A stretch of DNA of 64,000 nt from a virus (Duplodnaviria > Caudoviricetes), in IMG/VR virus record IMGVR_UViG_2974673715_000001, positions 112,496-176,495 of that record; one strand, given 5' to 3'. The notes beneath the pieces are model-generated. The model searched no databases. It saw only the letters and a list, made by a program, of their open reading frames with translations, and was not told the DNA's origin. Below are positions 39,805 to 49,480 of the stretch, piece after piece; positions within the stretch are counted from its first letter, which is position 1; each line of letters opens with the position of its first letter. The translations under genes were made by a program, and so were the position numbers.

Positions 39805-39828
39805 ATTAGTATACAGACAGAGGACACC

Positions 39829-40758
39829 TTGCCTAACAAACACCTTGAACACCTTGAGGATCTGATCTTTACTGGTCGTAAGGAAACGTTGGATGCAGTT
39901 TGGTTTGCACTTAACAAACCAGAACTAAGCGTCAAGTGGGACGGTGCTCCTGCTATCGTCTTTGGCACCAATCCTGCAAATGGCAAATTCTTCGTTGGAA
40001 CAAAATCCGTTTTTAACAAACACAAGATCAAGATCTGTTATGATCAAACAGATATTGACGAACTTTACTCTGGCAACCTTGCGGACATTCTGCGCTTATG
40101 TCTTTGGAAGCTTCCTCGTATCAGTGGAATTGTCCAGGCTGACTGGATTGGAGTCGGAGGGGGTAGTGTTTATCGCCCTAATTGTTTGGAGTATCGTTTA
40201 TCCTCTCCGATCCTTAGCGATATTATCCTTGCTCCACATACTTCTTATACCGAAGTTTCTCCAAATGCTGTTGGCAGCATTCGCCACGATCTACCTTCTA
40301 CATTATCTAATTGTTACTTTATAGGTAAGAAAGAGGCAGATGCATCTGTTGCTAAGACTCCTTTCTTCAACTGGGTCAAGTTTCTCAGCAGGTTGCCTAG
40401 ATGTAAAGTGCCTAGCGAGAAGGTACGTCCACATATTCAGAAGCATATCAACAGGTTTTTCCGTTGTGATTTACCAATTCCTTCAGCAGAATTTTTGTAT
40501 ACTACTTTACCTGATAAATATAAGTATGAAGTTAATGTTACCACATTCAAAGTGTGGCATATGTTGTTTCAATTGAAGCAGAGTTTATTGAAAAACATCG
40601 TTGTTGATGGAACTGTGAAATGCTACATAGATGGACAACCTTCAGAACATGAGGGTTTTGTAACTGTTTCAGATTCTCCCTACAAAATTGTAGATAGATT
40701 GACTTTTAGTAAAGCGAACTTCAACCTTAGTAAAAATTGGACGAATGAAAAAATTTAA
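39829..40758 (+). CDS. Conserved phage protein with ligase-like KxDG motif (DUF6267-like)
   Basis: TTG start after GAGG; NKHLEHLED, SVKWDGAP, VGTKSVFN, HEGFV and YKIVDR..FS. Confidence 0.75.
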   Translation: MPNKHLEHLEDLIFTGRKETLDAVWFALNKPELSVKWDGAPAIVFGTNPANGKFFVGTKSVFNKHKIKICYDQTDIDELYSGNLADILRLCLWKLPRISGIVQADWIGVGGGSVYRPNCLEYRLSSPILSDIILAPHTSYTEVSPNAVGSIRHDLPSTLSNCYFIGKKEADASVAKTPFFNWVKFLSRLPRCKVPSEKVRPHIQKHINRFFRCDLPIPSAEFLYTTLPDKYKYEVNVTTFKVWHMLFQLKQSLLKNIVVDGTVKCYIDGQPSEHEGFVTVSDSPYKIVDRLTFSKANFNLSKNWTNEKI

Positions 40759-41905
40759 TGCTTTTCTAATAGAAGCACAGAGATCGTTTGCTGCTAAAGC
40801 AGCGGAAAAATTAAATCTTAAACATGTAGGTTACGGTAAATACGCAGACCCATCTGGGAATGTGACTCACATGTCTAAGGATGGTAAGCTTGTAAAAATT
40901 ACAGCAAAAGATGCAGCGAGGACACAACAGAATGGAGGAGAAGAAACGGAAGGTGGCGAAGGTCAGGTCGATCAAGGCGCAATATCTATTACATTTGGAA
41001 GATTTAATCCACCGACTATTGGGCACGAGAAACTTCTTAAGAAAGTAGCACAAGAAGCAAAGTCTGGTGGAGGAGAGTATAGAATATATCCTTCAAGAAC
41101 TGAAGATCCTAAGAAGAATCCTCTTGATTCTGGAACTAAGATCAGGTTTATGAGACAAGCATATCCAGACCATGCAAATGCGATCATTGATAATGAGGAC
41201 ATGAGAACTATCTTTGATGTTCTTACTGCTCTTGACAATGATGGGTATAGTTCAGTTAATATTGTAGTGGGTGGTGATAGAGTAAGTGAATTTAATTCAT
41301 TAGCAACGAAGTATAACGGTGACTTATATACATTTGATGAGATTAAAGTAACATCAGCAGGAGGTAGAGACCCTGACTCTGAAGGTGTAGAGGGTATGTC
41401 AGCATCTAAGATGAGAAAGGCAGCGATGGAAGGTGATCAAGATTCTTTCAATAAAGGTATACCTAAAGCGATGTCTAAGAAAGATAAAGAAGCGATGTAT
41501 CTAACACTCAGACAATCAATGAATGTGCAGGAATCATTTGATGACTTCGCTGAAGCATCATATCATCTTTATGAGATCGCTCCTAAGTTAGATCCTCAAG
41601 GTTTAAGGGAAGCATACTATGATACTGGAATGTTTGAAGTAGGTACGTTTGTTGAAAATATCAACACAGGTATTGCAGGTAAGGTTGTTAGTCGTGGTAG
41701 TAACTACATCATTTACATTGATGAGCATGATAATATCTTCCGCTCATGGTTGAAAGACCTTGTTGAGACTAAGAATTCTGTTTATGGATTCGAGTTTACA
41801 CCTGCAGGTGAGATAGGAACCAACGAATTAGCTGCATATTATCGTAGAATGACGCCTGGCGAGTTCCTAAAGAAGATAAATAAAAAAGTAAAGGTTACTA
41901 AGTAA
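40745..41905 (+). CDS. Cytidylyltransferase-like (HxGH) nucleotidyltransferase
   Basis: TFGRFNPPTIGHEKL, VVGGDR and GMSASKMR motifs. Confidence 0.88.
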   Translation: MKKFNAFLIEAQRSFAAKAAEKLNLKHVGYGKYADPSGNVTHMSKDGKLVKITAKDAARTQQNGGEETEGGEGQVDQGAISITFGRFNPPTIGHEKLLKKVAQEAKSGGGEYRIYPSRTEDPKKNPLDSGTKIRFMRQAYPDHANAIIDNEDMRTIFDVLTALDNDGYSSVNIVVGGDRVSEFNSLATKYNGDLYTFDEIKVTSAGGRDPDSEGVEGMSASKMRKAAMEGDQDSFNKGIPKAMSKKDKEAMYLTLRQSMNVQESFDDFAEASYHLYEIAPKLDPQGLREAYYDTGMFEVGTFVENINTGIAGKVVSRGSNYIIYIDEHDNIFRSWLKDLVETKNSVYGFEFTPAGEIGTNELAAYYRRMTPGEFLKKINKKVKVTK

Positions 41906-41906
41906 G

Positions 41907-42530
41907 ATGGATTTAAAGAACTTACCTGACATGAGTGCTGCATACCAAGAGGTGCAGGAAAAAGCAAAGAAACTAGATCCCGTTGGAAAAGAAGACGGTG
42001 ATGTAGATAATGACGGTGATAAAGATTCATCTGATAAGTATCTTATGAAGCGTCGTAAGGCAATTGCCAAAGCAATGAAGAACGAACATCATCAAAAAGA
42101 TGAGAATGGTAAAGTCATCGAGCATGATGTTGAAGAGGAAGAAGTAAAAGAAGCATACACAGTAACGAATGCTGATAAGAAGGGTAATACACCTGCGTAT
42201 CAAAACTTCAAGAAAGGTATGAAGGGTAAAGATGGTAAACCTTTATACAAAGCAGCAGATCACATGAAAGAGAATCAAGAGATTCATCCTGATGACAACG
42301 TTTTATCACCAGAAGAACTAGAGAAAGTAGCAGAACTCTCTAGACAGTGGGATGCTAAGATGGAAGAAGGTTATGGTATGATGAAAGGATATTCTAAAGG
42401 TGGAGAGGTAAAGGCACCAAGAATGCAGAAAGGTGCTATGGCATATGATGGTCCTAACAAGGCAGCAAGTGAAGCAAAGGATAGAATCCTTGCTAAAACT
42501 AAGGCAAAACGCGAAGCAATGAAAAAGTAA
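41907..42530 (+). CDS. Lys/Glu-rich hypothetical protein (possible internal head protein)
   Basis: LDPVGKEDGDVDNDGDKDSSDKYL..RR motif; highly charged modules. Confidence 0.75.
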   Translation: MDLKNLPDMSAAYQEVQEKAKKLDPVGKEDGDVDNDGDKDSSDKYLMKRRKAIAKAMKNEHHQKDENGKVIEHDVEEEEVKEAYTVTNADKKGNTPAYQNFKKGMKGKDGKPLYKAADHMKENQEIHPDDNVLSPEELEKVAELSRQWDAKMEEGYGMMKGYSKGGEVKAPRMQKGAMAYDGPNKAASEAKDRILAKTKAKREAMKK

Positions 42531-43519
42531 TGTTATCTTTCAAACACCTATCTGAAAAGAAAACTAAAATTAAACTAAATCCTAAGAAGGAGGATGTCAT
42601 GGAGGGAGATAAAACTCTCAACCATGGCGAAGATTGCGGGTGCATGAAATGCGACAAAAAACGTCGCAAGGATGAACTTGGCGATGAAAAATCAGTATCT
42701 ACCGAACAAAAAATTTATGACAGTAACGAAGAAGTCTCAGAAGAAAGCACAGAAAGCAATGCTCAAAGCGATAACTCTGAAACGAACTTGTTAACCTTCA
42801 ATCAATTTCATGAAGGATCATCTTATGGATTATATAAAGGATCAGGTAAACCATCAGGTCCTATGGCTGCCTTTGCCAAACCAACTAAACCTAACCCTAA
42901 AGCAAAAAAACAGAGAGTGAAGAATGTAGGTGTAGGTGAAGAGACTAAGTATGAAGTCATGAGTAAAGAAAAGTATAAGAATACTCATAAAGACTTCAAG
43001 GGTGGCACTAAGAAAGAACCTAGGGTATCAGTTTACGATCCCGAAAAGAAAGCAACAGTATCAAGATTGGTTAAATTCTCTGAAGCAAAGTATGAGAGAG
43101 GTGCGTCAAACTATGGTAAGATGTCTATCAGAAATAAAAGAGCAGTAGGTTACGGTGGTAACGCTGCACCTCCAGAGGAGAGAAGGAAGGCACATGATGA
43201 GAGAATGAAGAAGCATAAAGCATCTCAAATGAAAGAAGAAAAGCATAGAGATGCTGCACTTGATGCTGTAAAGAAATCAATCATTGCCCAGTATGGTAAA
43301 GGTGCTATCATGAGAAAGGGTAGCAATCAACAGAAGAAAGTCAGAGGTGCTAAGTCTACTGCAGGAACTGGTAAGTATAAGAAGATGGCAGATCAGAAAA
43401 AGCAAACTGCTGCAGACGCTAAGAAGCGTGGGTTTAAGTCTGTTCAGAACTACACTGATACTATGGCACGTTATGGTGGTAAAGATAATTACGACAAGGG
43501 TAGAGGATTAGGGTCATGA
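42530..43519 (+). CDS. Lys-rich modular hypothetical protein
   Basis: 329 aa; charged modules separated by hydrophobic-x-E sites. Confidence 0.75.
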   Translation: MLSFKHLSEKKTKIKLNPKKEDVMEGDKTLNHGEDCGCMKCDKKRRKDELGDEKSVSTEQKIYDSNEEVSEESTESNAQSDNSETNLLTFNQFHEGSSYGLYKGSGKPSGPMAAFAKPTKPNPKAKKQRVKNVGVGEETKYEVMSKEKYKNTHKDFKGGTKKEPRVSVYDPEKKATVSRLVKFSEAKYERGASNYGKMSIRNKRAVGYGGNAAPPEERRKAHDERMKKHKASQMKEEKHRDAALDAVKKSIIAQYGKGAIMRKGSNQQKKVRGAKSTAGTGKYKKMADQKKQTAADAKKRGFKSVQNYTDTMARYGGKDNYDKGRGLGS

Positions 43520-43839
43520 GCACACCTCTTGACCTATCTCATTGTCCCGATGGTCAGTATTATTGCTTTGATGATAGAAAATGCAAACCAATACCCAAAG
43601 GTATGTCAGTAGGAAAGAATGGTATGTTGGTCAAAGAAACGACAGAGTTAAAGAACGAAATAATTGCGAAGGCACAGAAAAAACATACTATGGCAAAGTC
43701 AAAAAAATTCAAGGATGTCATGGCAAAAGGAAAAGAAGCAAAAGATAAGTTATATAAGACTACTAGAGAAAAAGGCGTACGTTTCTATGACAAGAAAGGT
43801 TCTGGTTACATGAAGGACGGTAAGAAAAAATACGATTGA
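43516..43839 (+). CDS. Hypothetical protein with CPxGxYYC motif
   Basis: CPDGQYYCFDDRKCKPIP; GVRFYDKKGSGY. Confidence 0.75.
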   Translation: MSTPLDLSHCPDGQYYCFDDRKCKPIPKGMSVGKNGMLVKETTELKNEIIAKAQKKHTMAKSKKFKDVMAKGKEAKDKLYKTTREKGVRFYDKKGSGYMKDGKKKYD

Positions 43840-43873
43840 TAGCCTATATACTGTGTAATTACATATTAAGATC

Positions 43874-44071
43874 ATGATTGGTAATTTTTTAATGCCACTG
43901 GCATACAAGGTAATCGATTCTGCTGTCAAAAAAATCCCTGATGATGCAGAACTCGGAGAGAAACTAATCGATATTTGTTTATTGATTATTGGCAAGGCAG
44001 TGAAACTCACTAAGACGACCGCTGACGACGCTCTATTTGAAAAAGTAAAGGAAGCACTTGCTGCTAAATAA
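43874..44071 (+). CDS. Small conserved hypothetical protein
   Basis: FLMPLAYKVI...AVKLTKTTADD. Confidence 0.75.
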   Translation: MIGNFLMPLAYKVIDSAVKKIPDDAELGEKLIDICLLIIGKAVKLTKTTADDALFEKVKEALAAK

Positions 44072-44091
44072 GTAGCGTTTGCGACCCTTTT

Positions 44092-44125
44092 AGAGGGGTC
44101 TCAGAGACCCCTTTTTTTATAAATA
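44092..44125 (+). terminator. Terminator fused to late promoter TATAAATA
   Basis: aggggtc-tcaga-gacccct, T run, then TATAAATA (44118-25). Confidence 0.75.
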
Positions 44126-44160
44126 ACTACAGGAAAAAACAGAATTTTAGGAGCATAACC

Positions 44161-44733
44161 ATGGCACTTTACGGTGTAACTGATGCAGACGAATCTAAGC
44201 CAAAGTGGGCTGTGAGAGGGAGCGGTGTAGACCCCCAAAATATTTTTGCAACCGCTGATGGTTGGGTTCTTCGTCATTACAAGAATGCCGCGAAGACAAA
44301 GTTTTGGGATGAAATTTTAGTCTCAGTTGATGGTCTTGTAGGTGCAGGTTCTCGTGGAACCAATACCTTGGGTGGTGCAGATATTACTGCAGTATTCTTT
44401 GAAGAGACAGGTTATGCAGGTGGAGCAACAGGTTCTGTTGTTGTCATCTATAACGAACAGGTTGACGTCACAAACGGTGCAACTTTAGTCGTTAGAAATA
44501 CTACTGACAGTGCCAACATCACTGCAACTGCTGCAGCACAAACAGGTGTAAACCGTGTTGAGTTTACATTCACTGCTGCTGCAACTGGTAAAGCACATGC
44601 TATCCAAGCACAAACAATCTCTGGAACAATCGTTGACTCCACTGGTGGTGCAGCATCCGATAAGGTATTTGTTTCTGGTGATGTAGTTGGTGCAGGTGGA
44701 AGTGGTTCTACCGCAACATTTACTGCAAGTTAA
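44161..44733 (+). CDS. Putative virion structural protein
   Basis: Late promoter and GGAG SD; MALYG...ESKPKW...ATADGWV; Ala/Thr/Gly-rich Ig-like C-terminus. Confidence 0.7.
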   Translation: MALYGVTDADESKPKWAVRGSGVDPQNIFATADGWVLRHYKNAAKTKFWDEILVSVDGLVGAGSRGTNTLGGADITAVFFEETGYAGGATGSVVVIYNEQVDVTNGATLVVRNTTDSANITATAAAQTGVNRVEFTFTAAATGKAHAIQAQTISGTIVDSTGGAASDKVFVSGDVVGAGGSGSTATFTAS

Positions 44734-44740
44734 CTAACAT

Positions 44741-45103
44741 ATGAAATTTGACGAACTAAATGAGGATACATTCCTCATGTTCGCCATTAAGCATTATGAA
44801 AATCCTCACTGTGTGACTAGAGAGGATTTTGATGAAGATTTAAAACGCTTCAAGTATCTTAAAAGACTCTTGAAGCGTTATGTGAGAAGAGGTCCGTTAA
44901 GGATTCATCTCGTCATCAATCATATAATCATCTTATATAATGTTTTTGGTGAAGCAGCAACTCCTCTTCTCTTCTTTAAATTAGAAAGAGAATATTGGAG
45001 TTTAATAAAGACTCTACTGATCTATTTGAATAAATATCCAGTAGGGATGCTTCCAGACTTGGAAACAGACCCCGATTTAGAAGAAGAACTTAAACAGGTA
45101 TAG
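44741..45103 (+). CDS. Conserved T4-like hypothetical protein
   Basis: FAIKHYENPHC...EDFDEDLKRFKYLKRL...LVINHIIILYNVFG. Confidence 0.85.
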   Translation: MKFDELNEDTFLMFAIKHYENPHCVTREDFDEDLKRFKYLKRLLKRYVRRGPLRIHLVINHIIILYNVFGEAATPLLFFKLEREYWSLIKTLLIYLNKYPVGMLPDLETDPDLEEELKQV

Positions 45104-45106
45104 GCT

Positions 45107-45805
45107 ATGATGACAGCAGGAACAGGCGGATTTAGTGGTAGCGCAGCTGCCAAAGGTCCTGTTGCGGGTTTTGATCCTGTCATGAAGATGAGAGGTAAAC
45201 TTAAAAAAATTAAGGCACAAAAATCTAGTTGCTGTGAAGAAACAGATAGAGTAAACCCTCAAGGTCCTTCTAGATTATTCCAATACAAAATTAACGTACC
45301 TGAGGTTGGTGAAACAATCGTGTTTGCTAATAGTCCTGCTGAACTCAGGATGAAATTAAGGATGGCAATCATGCCTAAGTATAGGTCTGGTATTAATATT
45401 GAAAGAATCATGCCTGGTGGTGCTGCTAAATTCTTCATGGACAAGAGAATGAAGCACATGAAGAATGTGAAGGAAGAGTCTGAACTAAAGAAAGCAAATA
45501 TAAACTATAAGACTACTAAGAGCGGTGGTAAGACAACTCATCATGTCAATAAGAATGACGAGGCAGATGCACAAGCAGCGATGAAAAATGATCCAAAATA
45601 CATTCTTGGTAAGACTAGAGTAAAACCTGTTAAAGAATCTGCAGGTGATCAGCAGATGAAGAATCAAATGAATCAGCAAAAGATTCAGAACATGAAGAAG
45701 AAAGTCATGTTAAAAAAGCAAGAATTACAAAAACAATTACAACTAAAAACACAACAACTTAAAAAACAAGCAAGGACTGGAGTAGAACAAGACGCAACAA
45801 GGTAA
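45107..45805 (+). CDS. Hypothetical protein
   Basis: GGFSGSAAAKGPVAGFDPV N-terminus; charged modules; Gln/Lys coiled-coil tail. Confidence 0.75.
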   Translation: MMTAGTGGFSGSAAAKGPVAGFDPVMKMRGKLKKIKAQKSSCCEETDRVNPQGPSRLFQYKINVPEVGETIVFANSPAELRMKLRMAIMPKYRSGINIERIMPGGAAKFFMDKRMKHMKNVKEESELKKANINYKTTKSGGKTTHHVNKNDEADAQAAMKNDPKYILGKTRVKPVKESAGDQQMKNQMNQQKIQNMKKKVMLKKQELQKQLQLKTQQLKKQARTGVEQDATR

Positions 45806-46194
45806 TGTCTGACCTTAACACCGCTATAATAGAGAGACTCGAAAAAGTAGTTGATTCATTGCAGGAGAATTCTGTAAAAATGGGTCAACTTCTTGCTGTG
45901 CATAATGAGAAGTTAGATAAACAAGACAAGATCGATCAAGTTTTGTTTGAAAAGGTTGATAGATTGCATGCAGATATTAATAGAGAGACAGAACAGATAA
46001 AGAAAGGTTGTGAAAGAGACATCCGTAAGATAGATGATCGTCTAAGGTTGATGGAAAAGAAAATGTGGACTATATTTGGAGCAGTTTCAATCGTAACGTT
46101 CCTTGTTTCAGCACCAGGACAGGCAGTTTTGAAGCAGTTGACAAACAATCAAAATACTAGTATGATAACGACAGAGATTATTAGGTCTACTTGA
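45805..46194 (+). CDS. Coiled-coil protein with C-terminal TM
   Basis: LLAVHNEKL...RLRLMEKKMWTIFGA. Confidence 0.75.
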   Translation: MSDLNTAIIERLEKVVDSLQENSVKMGQLLAVHNEKLDKQDKIDQVLFEKVDRLHADINRETEQIKKGCERDIRKIDDRLRLMEKKMWTIFGAVSIVTFLVSAPGQAVLKQLTNNQNTSMITTEIIRST

Positions 46195-47177
46195 TTGACA
46201 ATTTTTATGCAAACCTACTCTCTGCTCGTCTTGACAGATTTAAGCAGGTCAAGAACGGGACGTACAACTTTAGGTGTCCCTATTGCGGTGACTCCCAAAA
46301 ACGTAAGAATAAAGCACGAGGTTACTTCTTCACTAAGAAGAGTGGTCTCGTTTTTAAGTGCCATAACTGCGGTGTAGGCAGATCGTTTGGTAACTTTCTA
46401 AAGGAACAAGCGAATGACCTTCATGATGAATACATCATGGAGAGATACAAAGCAGGTCTTACTGGTAAAGGTACGAATGTAGCAGATCCTGAGTTTAATT
46501 ATCAAAAACCAATATTCAAAAAGAAGGGAGAACTACAAAGTATTTCAGAGCTAAATACTTCGCACTCAGCATTAGCATACTTAACCAAACGTGGTATACC
46601 GAGGAAACATTTCTCGAATTTATACTATGTCGATGAGTTTTGCACATGGGTTAACACACAGAAACCGACCTTCCGAAATGTCACAAAAGATCACCCAAGG
46701 ATTATTATTCCTTTTGTTGATGAAAATGGAGAATGGTTTGGATTTCAAGGGAGGTCTCTGAATCCCAACGATAAACTTAGGTATATAACTATCATGTTGG
46801 ATGAAGATCGAATCAAGGTTTATGGTCTTGATCGTGTCAACTTCAACAAGACCGTGTATATTACTGAAGGTCCTTTCGATAGTCTTTTTATCGACAATGC
46901 AATTGCTATGGCAGGTGCTGATGTTGATTGGAAACTAATAGATGGAAAAGAGGCAGTCTTTGTTTACGATAATGAAAAACGTAGTAAGGAAATTGTTAAC
47001 CGTATTGAAAAAGCAATTGATAAAGGATATGAAGTAGTAATCTGGCCTAGTAGTCTGCAAGAGAAAGATCTAAATGACATGTTCTCTTCTGGACACGACG
47101 TGCAATCTATGGTAGAATTTAATACTTACCAAGGATTAGAAGCAAAAATTAAATTAACCGAATGGAAAAAGGTATGA
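46191..47177 (+). CDS. g61: DNA primase gp61
   Basis: CPYCGDS..CHNC zinc finger, GFQGR, ITEGPFDSLF and YDNE TOPRIM motifs. Confidence 0.96.
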   Translation: MIDNFYANLLSARLDRFKQVKNGTYNFRCPYCGDSQKRKNKARGYFFTKKSGLVFKCHNCGVGRSFGNFLKEQANDLHDEYIMERYKAGLTGKGTNVADPEFNYQKPIFKKKGELQSISELNTSHSALAYLTKRGIPRKHFSNLYYVDEFCTWVNTQKPTFRNVTKDHPRIIIPFVDENGEWFGFQGRSLNPNDKLRYITIMLDEDRIKVYGLDRVNFNKTVYITEGPFDSLFIDNAIAMAGADVDWKLIDGKEAVFVYDNEKRSKEIVNRIEKAIDKGYEVVIWPSSLQEKDLNDMFSSGHDVQSMVEFNTYQGLEAKIKLTEWKKV

Positions 47178-49480
47178 TTAGTCCAAGGACACCCAAACCA
47201 ATCAACGTCACAAAAAGAGAAGGAGAGAAGACACCCTTAGACCTTAATAAGGTTCATAAGATGGTAGAACTTGCCTGTGAAGGTCTTGCAGGGGTCTCTG
47301 AATCTGCTGTAGAGATTAACAGTGGTCTTCAATTTTTTGACGGAATTAAGACAGCAGACATTCAAGAAATTCTTATTCGTTCAGCGAATGATCTGATCTC
47401 TCTTGATCATCCTAACTATCAGTATGTTGCTGCAAGATTGCTGCTGTTCGGTCTTAGAAAGGCAGTATATAACGGTCACCCTGATGGTCATCCTCCTTTA
47501 CTTGAGCATGTCAAGAAGTGTATAGACAAAGGTGTGTATGATAGCAGTATTGTTTCCAAATATACTGAAGAAGAATGGGAAAAACTGAATAGTTATATTG
47601 ATCACGACAGAGATTATTTGTTTACATATGCAGGTATTCGTCAGGTAGTCGATAAATATCTCGTACAAGATCGTTCATCAGGAGAAGTATACGAAACTCC
47701 ACAGTTCATGTATATGATGGTGGCGATTACGCTCTTCCAAGACGATGATAAATTTTATCGCTTGGAGTATGTAAGAAAATACTATGACGCAATCTCAAAA
47801 CACAGACTCAACATTCCAACGCCGATTATGGGAGGAGTGCGTACGCCACTCAGACAATTTGCAAGCTGTGTTCTTGTTGATGTTGATGACACCCTCGATA
47901 GCATTTTTAGCAGTGACATGGCTATTGGCAAGTATGTTGCACAAAGGGCGGGTATCGGTATCAACGCGGGTAGAATCCGTGGCATCAACAGCAAAATCCG
48001 TAGCGGAGAAGTACAACACACAGGTGTTGTACCTTTCCTCAAAAAGTTTGAAAGTACTGTCAGATGCTGCACTCAGAATGGCATTAGAGGTGGATCAGCG
48101 ACTGTCCACTTCCCAATCTGGCACCAAGAAATAGAAGATATTATTGTTCTAAAGAATAATAAAGGAACAGAAGACAACAGAGTAAGGAAACTAGACTATA
48201 GTATTCAGATTAGTCAGTTGTTTTATCAAAGATTCATTGATGATCGCAGCATCTCTTTGTTTAGTCCACATGATGTGCCAGGTTTATACGAAGCATTTGG
48301 AACTCCTGAGTTTGATGATCTATATGTAGAGTATGAAAATGATCGTGCTATTCCTAGAAAGACTATGAAGGCACAGAAACTCATCCTTGATCTATTGAAG
48401 GAGAGAGCAGAAACAGGTCGTCTTTATATCATGAACATTGATCACTGTAATAGTCACAGTTCATTCAAAGATAAAGTAAACATGAGTAACCTCTGTCAGG
48501 AGATTACTCTTCCAACAGATCCTATTCAACACATAGATGGATCAGGTGAGATTGCTTTGTGTATCCTATCTGCTATCAACGTAGGTAAGTTAAAGAACCT
48601 TGAAGAACTTGATGAACTATGTGAACTTGCTGTTCGTGGTCTTGATGCATTGATTGATTATCAACAGTATCCTGTCAATGCTGCAAAGCAAAGCACATTG
48701 AATCGTAGATCACTTGGTATTGGTTACATTGGACTAGCACATTATCTTGCTAAGAATGGTGCTAAGTATGATTCTCAGAAAGCATTTGATTTAGTTCATA
48801 AACTTACTGAAAGATTCCAGTATGCTCTTCTAACAGCATCGAATCGTATGGCAATGGAGAAAGGTCCTTGCGGTTATTTCGGTAAGACAAAGTATGCTGA
48901 TGGAATTCTTCCTATCGATACATATAAGAGTGAAGTAGATGAGATTGTTCCGAATGACCTATCATGTGATTGGGAGTATCTCAGGGGCAGGATCAAGGAG
49001 TATGGACTCAGGCACAGCACTTTGTCCGCACAGATGCCTTCGGAGAGCAGTTCCGTTGTGTCAAATGCCACAAACGGAATCGAACCTCCTAGAGACTACC
49101 TGTCCGTTAAGAAATCAAAGAAAGGACCTCTTAAGCAGATTGTTCCGTCTTATAACTCTCTAAAAGCAAACTATACCCTGCTATGGGATATGCATAACAA
49201 TGATGGTTACATCAAAGTAACTGCAGTTATGCAGAAATTCTTCGATCAGGCAATCAGTGGTAACTGGAGTTACAATCCAGAGAATTATCCTGACAATGAA
49301 GTGCCTGTATCTGTGATGGCAAAAGATCTTTTGACCACATACAAATATGGTTGGAAGACTTCATATTATCAAAACACTTATGATGCTAAAAAAGATGGTG
49401 ACGACGAACCAAACGTCGATAAATTAATCAACGACATACTCACCTCGGAGGAAGAAGACTGTGACAGTTGCAAGGTCTGA
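47174..49480 (+). CDS. nrdA: Ribonucleotide reductase class Ia alpha subunit
   Basis: ATP cone, PTPIMGG, ASCVL, SNLCQEI, MPSESSS and C-terminal CDSC. Confidence 0.98.
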   Translation: MISPRTPKPINVTKREGEKTPLDLNKVHKMVELACEGLAGVSESAVEINSGLQFFDGIKTADIQEILIRSANDLISLDHPNYQYVAARLLLFGLRKAVYNGHPDGHPPLLEHVKKCIDKGVYDSSIVSKYTEEEWEKLNSYIDHDRDYLFTYAGIRQVVDKYLVQDRSSGEVYETPQFMYMMVAITLFQDDDKFYRLEYVRKYYDAISKHRLNIPTPIMGGVRTPLRQFASCVLVDVDDTLDSIFSSDMAIGKYVAQRAGIGINAGRIRGINSKIRSGEVQHTGVVPFLKKFESTVRCCTQNGIRGGSATVHFPIWHQEIEDIIVLKNNKGTEDNRVRKLDYSIQISQLFYQRFIDDRSISLFSPHDVPGLYEAFGTPEFDDLYVEYENDRAIPRKTMKAQKLILDLLKERAETGRLYIMNIDHCNSHSSFKDKVNMSNLCQEITLPTDPIQHIDGSGEIALCILSAINVGKLKNLEELDELCELAVRGLDALIDYQQYPVNAAKQSTLNRRSLGIGYIGLAHYLAKNGAKYDSQKAFDLVHKLTERFQYALLTASNRMAMEKGPCGYFGKTKYADGILPIDTYKSEVDEIVPNDLSCDWEYLRGRIKEYGLRHSTLSAQMPSESSSVVSNATNGIEPPRDYLSVKKSKKGPLKQIVPSYNSLKANYTLLWDMHNNDGYIKVTAVMQKFFDQAISGNWSYNPENYPDNEVPVSVMAKDLLTTYKYGWKTSYYQNTYDAKKDGDDEPNVDKLINDILTSEEEDCDSCKV

